Positions 55,771 through 64,000 of a DNA stretch of 64,000 nucleotides are shown here, in pieces. The notes beneath the pieces are model-generated. The model did no database searches, was not told where the DNA came from, and was given only the letters and a program-made list of their open reading frames with translations. Position numbers and translations under genes: made by a program. Each line of letters begins with the position of its first letter. Within the stretch, counting starts at the first letter, position 1. Origin of the DNA: the human T2T-CHM13v2.0 reference genome, Homo sapiens; the NCBI RefSeq assembly GCF_009914755.1, contig NC_060941.1; one strand, written 5' to 3'.

Positions 55771-56221
55771 GACTGTGCCCTATTTGGTGCTCATTCAGCT
55801 TCTCATACCTGGAGGTTTACATCTTTTGCCAAATTTGGCAAGTTTTCAGCCATTTTAAAAGTTATTTTTCAGCCTGTCCTTTTTCGCCTATTCTTCTGGG
55901 ACTCTGATGACATGCATGTTGGTTCTTTTGTTATAGTTCCACAGGCCCCTGAAGTTCTGTTAATTTTTTTTTTTTCAGTCTATCTCCGTTATTTAGATTG
56001 GGTAATTTATATTGTTCTGTATTCACGTCCTGATGATTTCCTCTATCTCCTTCATTCTGTTATTGATTCCGTCCATTGAGTCTTTTATTTTGATTACTCT
56101 ATTTTCAATTCTAAACTTTCCATTTGGTTCTTACTTATATCTTCTATATCTTTTTTGAGACTTTCTATTTCTTTGCTGAGACTTTCTATTTTTTTCATTT
56201 GTTTCCATTGTGTGTGTATTT

Positions 56222-56480
56222 TAAAAAGCTTTATTTTTGAGATATAGTTCATGTATCATACAATTTGCCCATTTAAAAGTGTATGAGTCAATGGTTCTTA
56301 GTAGGTTCACCGAGCTTTGCAACTGTCACAACAATTTTAGAATATTCTCATCACGCAAAAAAGAAACTCCCATAACCATCAGCAGTCCCTCCCCAATTCT
56401 CTTCTCCCCGTCTCACCTGTCCTCTTCGCAACTCCAGGCAATCACTTACCTAATTTCTGTCTCTATGTATCTGCCTATTC
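56222..56480 (-). mobile_element. L1MB 3' end nested in older L1M
   Basis: GCTTTATTTTTGAGATATAGTTCA...CCCATTTAAAAGTGTA...TTTCTGTCTCTATG. Confidence 0.8.
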
Positions 56481-56585
56481 TATTTCCAGTGTGTTTGTAA
56501 TTGTTCACTGAAGTATTGTTATGATGACTGATTTGAAATATTGGTCAGCTAGTTCCAGCATATCTGTTATATCAGTGTTGCCATC

Positions 56586-57038
56586 TGTATTTGTTTCCTA
56601 AGGCTGTTGTTGCAAAGTATCACAAACTGGGTAGCTAAACACGACAGGAATTCTCTCATGGTTCTGGAGGCTAGAAGTCTGAGATCAGGGTATTGGCAAG
56701 GTTGGGTCCTTCTGAGGGCTCTGAGGGAGCCTCTGTTCTAGGCGTCTCTGCTAGCTTCTGGTGACAGCTGGCAACCCTTGGCATTCCTTGGTTTGTACAT
56801 GCACCGTTCCAACCTCTGCCTTTGTCTCCACACGACATTCTGTGTATCTGCCTGTCTCTGTGTCTGTTTTTATAAAGAAAATGTCATATTGGATTAAGGA
56901 CCCACGCTACTCCACTATGACCTCATCTTGACTAATTACTTCTTCAAAGGCTTTATTTCTAAATAAGGTCACATTCTGTGGTACTGGAGGTTAGGACTTC
57001 AACAGATTTTTTGGGAGGAACACAATTCAATCCATAAT
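56586..57038 (-). mobile_element. MLT1C-like MaLR LTR
   Basis: GTTCTGGAGGCTAGAAGTCTGAGATCAGGGT...AAATAAGGTCACATTCTG...TTAGGACTTCAACA. Confidence 0.88.
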
Positions 57039-57154
57039 GCTGATTATCGTTTTGGGTTTTTTTTTTTTTCATTCAGTTTGAGACCTTCCTATTTCTTAAT
57101 AGATCGAGCAATTTTGATTGAAGCTTGGACTATTTGAGTGTTATGTTATGAGAC

Positions 57155-57508
57155 TGTCTTGGTTTGTTCCATGCTGCTATAATAGAATACTACAGAATGG
57201 GTAATTTATAACGAATAGAAATTTATTTTCTCACATTTCAGGCTGAGAAGTCCAAGATTGAGGGGCTGGCATCTGCTGAGGGCCTTCTTGCTGTGTCATT
57301 CCATGGTGGAAGGCAGAAGGCAGAGAGAGAGAGAGGGAGAGAGACTCCTCTTTTTAAAAGGAACTTACTCCTGTAATGATGGCATTAATCCATTCACTCT
57401 ACCCTCATGGCCTAACCACATCTCATGAGCCCCCACCTCCCATCATTGTTGAACTGGGGATTAAGTTCCCAACACATGCTTTTGGGAGGACATACTGAAA
57501 CCATAGCT
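57155..57508 (-). mobile_element. MST (C/D-like) MaLR solo LTR
   Basis: TGTCTT...GCTGCTATAATAGAATAC...AAACCATAGC; 5-bp TSD GAGAC. Confidence 0.88.
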
Positions 57509-58379
57509 GAGACTCCAGATCTTATCTAAATCTTTGATTTTATCTGGATCTCTCCAATACCATTCCAGCAGTGGAGGGAGACCCTGCCTTGTTACTGCTA
57601 GGTGGGGGTTGAATTTCAGGTTTCATACTTGGCTTCCATTGACACCAGAGTTGGTAGAACTCTTTATTACTTGGGGGATAGGGTAGGATTTCTGGTTTCC
57701 CACTAGGACTCCACTGATATCTCCCTGGCTCTGTGGGTGTGTGTCGGGGGGTGGGAGGAGGTAGAAGTGCCTCTTTAGTGATCACCAGGTAGCTTCCAGT
57801 GACACCACGGGGGTGTTTGTCCTCGTTACTTTTGAGTGGTGGTGAAAGTCCTGATCTTCCCCTCAGCCTCCTCTGACTCCAGCTTCTTGGGGAGGAAGTC
57901 TAGGCTTACCATTTGGCCTTTGCTGATGTACATGGGTGGAGGGCACAGTATTTTTATGTGGTGTTTTGCTGGAGTAAAGCACTTGTTATCTTTCTTGGTA
58001 GGTTGCCTCTTTCCTGGTCCTTTGGCTTGAGACAGTAGGCTTTGTTCAGGCTTTTATTTATTTATTTAGTCTTCACCATTGGTGTTTACGTGGCTGGCTT
58101 CTTCAGCTCTAAGTCTGGGACACATGAGGCAGAACTGTAGCTCAGGAAACTCACCATCATGTTGTTCCTTGGGTCTGAAACTCCCAAGTCAGTTAACCTT
58201 CTTCTCTCCACCTTTCAGAGTCTTCTTATATCTATTTATGCCTGTATGCTCAGGGATTTTCGTTGTGCCTCACAGGAGGAATAGGCAAAAGCATGTCTAC
58301 CCTCATTGTCCTAGAAGCAGTCCATCAGTAGAATTTTTTGTAACCTACGATTATAGTAAATTATGTTAATATTTTTGCT

Positions 58380-59900
58380 GGTGTTGGATAACCCTTGTAT
58401 TGTTAGAATAAATCCTAGTTGTACATGCTGAAGGTTTCTTTTAATGCACTGCTAAATTTAATGTGCTAATATCTTATTTAGAATTGCTGCATCTGTATTC
58501 ATAAGTGAACTGGTTTATAAATTCTTGGTGTGTGTGTGCCTGCAGGTATGCATGCTGTGTTTGCATGCTGTCATTTTCAGGATTTTGCTTATCTCCTAGA
58601 ATAATTTGAGACTCTTTCCATGTTTCCCTGTCCTGTGGAACAGTTTAAATTACACTGGGTACATTCAGTCCTTGAATGTTTAATAGACATTCCCCATAAA
58701 GCCTTTGACTGTGCCACTATTTTTTTGTGGTGTTTTTTGGGCAATTCAATCAGTTTCTTCTGTGCTTCCCCAATCTTCTCAGACTCTTGCTTCATGCCAA
58801 GTCAAGTTCGAAATTTTTCTTTTCATTTTTTTTCTTTTTTTTTTTTTTTGTGAGCATGGCCCAACGATGACCAGCTGGTACAAGTGCACTGGCTGGTTCT
58901 TCTTCTCTCTTTTTTTTAATTATACTTTAAGTTTTAGGGTATCGCAAGCACGAAATTTTTATTTTCCAGGAAAATCATTATTTCAAATTTATTGGCAATA
59001 TTGTATCTAGTATTCTCTGGTAAACTTAAATCTCCTTTGTAATCTCTATTCACTTTTAAAAAATATGAGGTATTTGTGTTTCCTTTCTTTTATCCTTTAC
59101 ATGCCAATTTTTGGTACATTTTACCAGAATTTCCAGATAACCAGGTTTTTAGTTTGTTGAGCTTCATAGATATTGTGTTTCTTTTTAATTCATTCTTTCT
59201 TGCTTTCAACTACAAAGATTAAATATTTCATCTACCTTAAAAAATCTCATGGTTTGTCATCTAACTTATTGAATTGAAAGCTTGGTTGATTTGTTTTCAT
59301 TCTTTTTGTTTGAGAATAAAAGTATTTTGGGTGATCACTTTTTCTTTGAGCTGGGCTTTGGTCTTCATCCCCTGGGATTTTATATATAGTGATCTTTGTG
59401 TCTTTAATTTTTAAGTGACCTGTAATTTTAGTTACCTTTGAACAGTGCTTTTCAAATTTTTTTGTGGTTAGTTTTCTGATATTATTCTTTTGTTAAATGT
59501 TTCTAGTTTTATTCTTTTCTAGCCAGAGAAGATTCCTTGTTAATGTCCTACATTTTTTGGCATGTACTGAAATTTTCTTTATGCATTTATCCTGGTCAGT
59601 CTTTGTAAACATTCAATGCTTTCATTATAAGTTATGAAGTCCTCTACATATCTACTGAATCATATTTGTTAATTATAATTATAACTGAGTTCTCTCTCTC
59701 TTTGGGGGGCAGAGGTATGTTAATGTCAATAGGCTAGTAATTTTATCTCTTCATTTTTCTGAAAAGCTTTTTTTCCCTATGTTTTGATTCTTTACTGTTC
59801 AGTGATAAATATCTTTTTATCAATGGTATTCCTCCTTGTTTTACAAGGCAGTTATAAGCTATTCTTATATTTATTCTTCTTCTGTCATTTTATTGTGGTT
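58380..59900 (-). mobile_element. Highly diverged L1M body
   Basis: T-rich antisense ORF2-like sequence (TTGCTGCATCTGTATTCATAAGTGA etc.); boundaries approximate. Confidence 0.6.
58819..58950 (-). mobile_element. Minimal L1PA 3' tip with 60-bp 3' transduction
   Basis: - strand: TACCCTAAAACTTAAAGTATAATT-A8, 60 bp unique sequence, second A tail; TSD CGAAATTTTT at 58809 and 58951. Confidence 0.75.
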
Positions 59901-60136
59901 TGGCAGAAAGGGGAGGTATGTACAGGAGAGGACAGGAGAGGGGAGAAGAGAGGAGCACATACTTCCCCTTCCTTCCAAATTATTTTACAAACTCAGTGCT
60001 GCAGTTCAATAATGAGCTATTTTTCCAAAAAAGTTCAGAGAGGTTTTCTGTCTGTGATCACATATCAGAAGAGTTTTTGGGGCCCTTTGTGGGGAAAAGT
60101 AGAAAATCTGTGTCACAAAATATGTCATGACTATAA

Positions 60137-60427
<291 letters not shown>

Positions 60428-60879
60428 AGATGTTTTTTACATCCGCTCCTTGGATGTGGGGAGGAGGCACTGGCTGCCCGCAGGTTGCTGAGCAGGTGGG
60501 ACTATGTATAGCCAGGTTAGACAGCAACTCTGTTTGAGAACCTTGGCAAGGTCAAAGCCAAAGCTGTCTCAGAGAGCTGGTCATGGGACTGATTCTAACT
60601 CTTTATGAGGACAGCCAGGGACTGCCCTCATAAATACTGAAATAGATGTAAACAGCATGGCTGTTGAGGCACAAGTAGCCCAGGAGTCCTTTTAAATGAT
60701 ATTTCTTTTATATTTCAAGCAGAACATTTACTCCTACTTCAGACAGTTGCATTATAATCAAATTGAATCAGCCTGTTTTATACTTTATATTTAAGGCTGA
60801 TAAGTTTCATCTAATTTAGAGGTCTGGCGAGCAAAAGGAAAAGACCTGGTCACAAAGTGGTGAGTTTAGGGCACCTGGA

Positions 60880-61130
60880 TCCCAGCAAACATTTCCTGGG
60901 GACTTCTATCAGTACATGGGTTCACACTTTGGTTCTACCACTTTCTACCTATGTGACCTTAAGCAACTTCACCTCCATAAGCTTATTTTCTCTTCTATAA
61001 AATAAAGGTAATAATAATGTCTACTTCAGAGGCTTTTTGTGAAGATTAAGTGCAATAATGCTTGTAAAGCATTGAACACAATGCTTGACACATAGTAAGC
61101 ACTCAATAAATATTAGCTATTACTGTTATT
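60880..61130 (+). mobile_element. MIR
   Basis: TGTGACCTTAAGCAA...GCTTGACACATAGTAAGCACTCAATAAATATTAGCTATT. Confidence 0.88.
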
Positions 61131-61603
61131 ATCTTGCACAGTGATGAATAATGTTGCTGCAGTCCTGTGGTGGCAGCTGAGAGCCAGAATGGGTGCAGAA
61201 AGCCGCTAGTATTTGGAATTCCTTCAGCAGCCTGGTTTGTTGATGCAGTGTTAAATTAAAGCCCATTAATTCATTGTGAAAACAAGCCTTCAAAAGGGCC
61301 TGGAATTTGCAGCTTCTTCTCCTGAATTCATGCTGCATGGCACCACTTTATTTTAAGAGTAATAAATGCTAGCTCAACAGTGGAGAAAACTCCTGCTGCT
61401 GGGTTTGCTGGGTGGCCTTGCTGGGTGGTTGCTGTTGCCACCTGCTCCCTGGCTGGAAGCTGCCAAGCACTTTCCTGGCAGTGACTTGGCCCAAGGCCGC
61501 AGCCCCCAGCACTCACTGTGGATGTGAAGTGGCCACAAAAACTGGTGGTGAGCAGGTGGTGGAGACAAGACAGGTGCCTGATTAGATGGGTTCTAGGCCA
61601 TCT

Positions 61604-62135
61604 TGAAGCAGAAGTTATAAAAAGAAAAACAAATTTTCCTGTACTAGGCTGACTCACTCCAAGGCCCAGAGATGGGCAGGGCTCTGTCAGGGCTCTGATA
61701 GCACTATCTGCAGAGCCAGGGCCCAGAAGGGATGGGCTCCAGAGCCTCTCCCTCCTGTCCTGGAGCAGGGATGAGAAAAACAAGTTTTTTCTCTTTCAGC
61801 TTCCCCGTTTCCCCTTACTATTCTCATAATTATTTTTGCAAGTTTTATAAGTTCATGTGTTTCCCTTCTGTGCAAGTTCACAAGGTATGTTTGAGTTGCA
61901 AAACTTGTCACTGTTTGACCCACTGCCTTTGTTCTGCTTCTGTAAGCTTGCTTGCCTGCCCTACGGGTTTTCTGCCATCAAACTGGCCAGTCCCCTTTTG
62001 GATGCATATATAAAAGTCAAGCCCTGTCTTTGTTCAGGGCTCAGCCTTTGGATGCTAATCCACTGGGCTGGTTCACACCTAATAAATCCTCCTGTCTCAC
62101 CCATTGGTCTCTCTTGTCCCTTGATTCCTGCAACA
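61604..62135 (+). mobile_element. Solo ERV1-class (MER4-group-like) LTR, 532 bp
   Basis: TG...CA termini, TSD ATCT, AP-1 TGACTCA 61650, TATATAAAA 62007, AATAAA 62081; subfamily not determined. Confidence 0.85.
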
Positions 62136-62977
62136 ATCTCTGGGAACATTCATTGCAGCCTCAGGAATATGCATAGTGGGTGATGGAGGAGGGGGCTAGG
62201 AGAGCCCCCAGCAAGGGGCATGAGCTGCCCTTGATTTGCTGGAGTCCAAGGCCTGTCTAGGGAAGGAGTTGGGGGTGACTGAGGGGCAGCTGATGTGCAC
62301 CAGGATCTCATTAGTCCTGTGCTTTACATCGATTCACAGGGCTCAGTGGCAGGGACATGCCAAAACGCACCCAAACTCAATACACAGGGAATGTGACTCT
62401 GATCTATTTCTTCACTTAAGGGAGTCATTTCACAAACAGCAAGGGATGCCAGAAGACCTCAGAGTTCAAGAAAACTGCCTATTGTGTTTCCTAAAAATAA
62501 GAAATCACTTTGAGCCCTGCACTGTTATAGGTAAAGGCAATTTCAGAAAGCCTTTAGTTCCATTGCCCAAGTTAAAAAAGGGATAATTTGTTTTAGTTTT
62601 TATCCAATTTATACATATATCAAATTTGAAGACCCTGATAGGTCTATGAGGCTTGTTATTGGAAACCGTCCTCCCTCTTTCTCATCCCTGGAGGCAAGAA
62701 CTTTCAAGATTTTAGCCCATTCTTGTGGTATTGATCTCTTTGCTTTATATAATAATCTTGCAGCTATTTCTATATTGTGTAGTGTTGGGCACTATCTCCT
62801 GGTTTCCTACTGTGAATAAGATGGATTTAGCTCTTTTTTCTTCTCACTGCTCTTCCCCCATTCTCTTTCCTCCCAAAACATGGTGAAGATTTTGGTGAGA
62901 TCACCACCAGGTTTATGTTACAATCCCTATGTAAGTGCTTTTATAGCAGGAACGTGCAGTGTCCTATGATTACTTTT

Positions 62978-63279
62978 TCTTTCTTTTTTTTTCCCCTTGG
63001 GACAGGGTCTCACTCTGTCACCCAGGCTGGGTGCAATGGCATGATCTCAGCTCACTGCAACCTCCACTTCTCCAGTTCAAGTGATTCTCCTGCCTCAGCC
63101 TCCTAAGTAGCTGGGATTACAGGCATGCACCACCATGCCCAGTTAATTTTTGTATTTTTAGTGGAAACGGGGTTTTACCATATTGGCCAGGCTGGTCTCA
63201 AACTCCTGACCTCAAATTATCCACTCACCTCAGCCTCTCAAAGTGTTGGGATTGCAGGCATGAGCCACTGCACCTGGCC
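62978..63279 (-). mobile_element. AluS
   Basis: TSD ATGATTACTTTT/ACGATTACTTTT. Confidence 0.95.
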
Positions 63280-64000
63280 ACGATTACTTTTCTGCATACT
63301 ATGATGGCCCAGCCTTTCATCTTCCATGCAATTCATAACTGTCCTGGGTCTTTCATTTCTCTCGTTTTCTGTGGATTTTCCAATAATCCAATGCCAAGCT
63401 CTCTGCCAATTGTCTAGATTTCCCCAGAAGGTGTTCAGACAGATATACTATATGTTTCATTTTCCTGAAGAAACCCCTAACCAGCCTGTCAGAGGTGGGT
63501 GTTCTCCCAGCCTGCTGCTTAGTTGACATCTGGGACCTTCCATCACATCATTGTGGAGATTCTCTTTGCCTGTCTCCTGGGTTGGATCTCCTGTGTACTC
63601 TGTCCCCTGTATCTCTTTCTCTGTTTACCCTGCTTGTTGGGGACCAACCCATCTCTGCTGTTTTCATGAGAAACAGTGCCTGGAAGATAGACTTTTGACA
63701 TCTTGCATGTCTGACAATATCTTCATTTGACCTTTACACATAATTGGTAGCTTTGCTGGGTAAAGACTTATAGGTTGGTAATTATTTTCCTTTCAATGTG
63801 GATCCTTCAGTTTTGGGATTTTTAGTCAATTGTTCCTTTCATCATTTTCTCAGGTCCCCTTTCTGAAATTCCTTTTGTTTAAATATTATACCTTCTGGAC
63901 ATGTCTGCTAACATATTTTTCTCCTTTACACCTTTTTGTCTTTTGGGAGATATCTCTTCACTCTATCGTCTATCCTAATGAGTTTTTCATTTCTGCATAA

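Overview
Primate (very probably human) euchromatic non-coding DNA. I found no protein-coding exon, RNA gene or processed pseudogene that I can support. The ORF track is explained by Alu, LTR12C, low-complexity and VNTR sequence. The window is rich in interspersed repeats: about 23 Alus, many MIR/L2 fragments, old L1M pieces, one L1PA7-like 3' end, MaLR/ERVL LTRs, MER20/MER81/MER63/MER58 DNA transposons and three solo ERV1-class LTRs with 4-bp TSDs, including a full 1.68-kb LTR12C. Between the repeats lie several repeat-free 250-400 bp blocks dense in homeodomain/SOX/TCF/E-box motifs, the pattern expected of enhancers in a developmental-gene desert or long intron. The most notable observations are: (i) a 132-bp L1 3'-transduction carrying a 60-bp tag of foreign DNA (58819-58950); (ii) a higher-order minisatellite built largely of E-boxes abutting a candidate enhancer (33650-34355); (iii) an intact LTR12C promoter with a well-formed downstream exon; (iv) minus-strand exons plus a textbook AG|GT recursive-splice-like site; (v) a SOX-octamer-SOX palindrome. 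Repeat family names come from recalled consensus sequences, not a database search. I could not identify the chromosomal locus. All functional claims are hypotheses.
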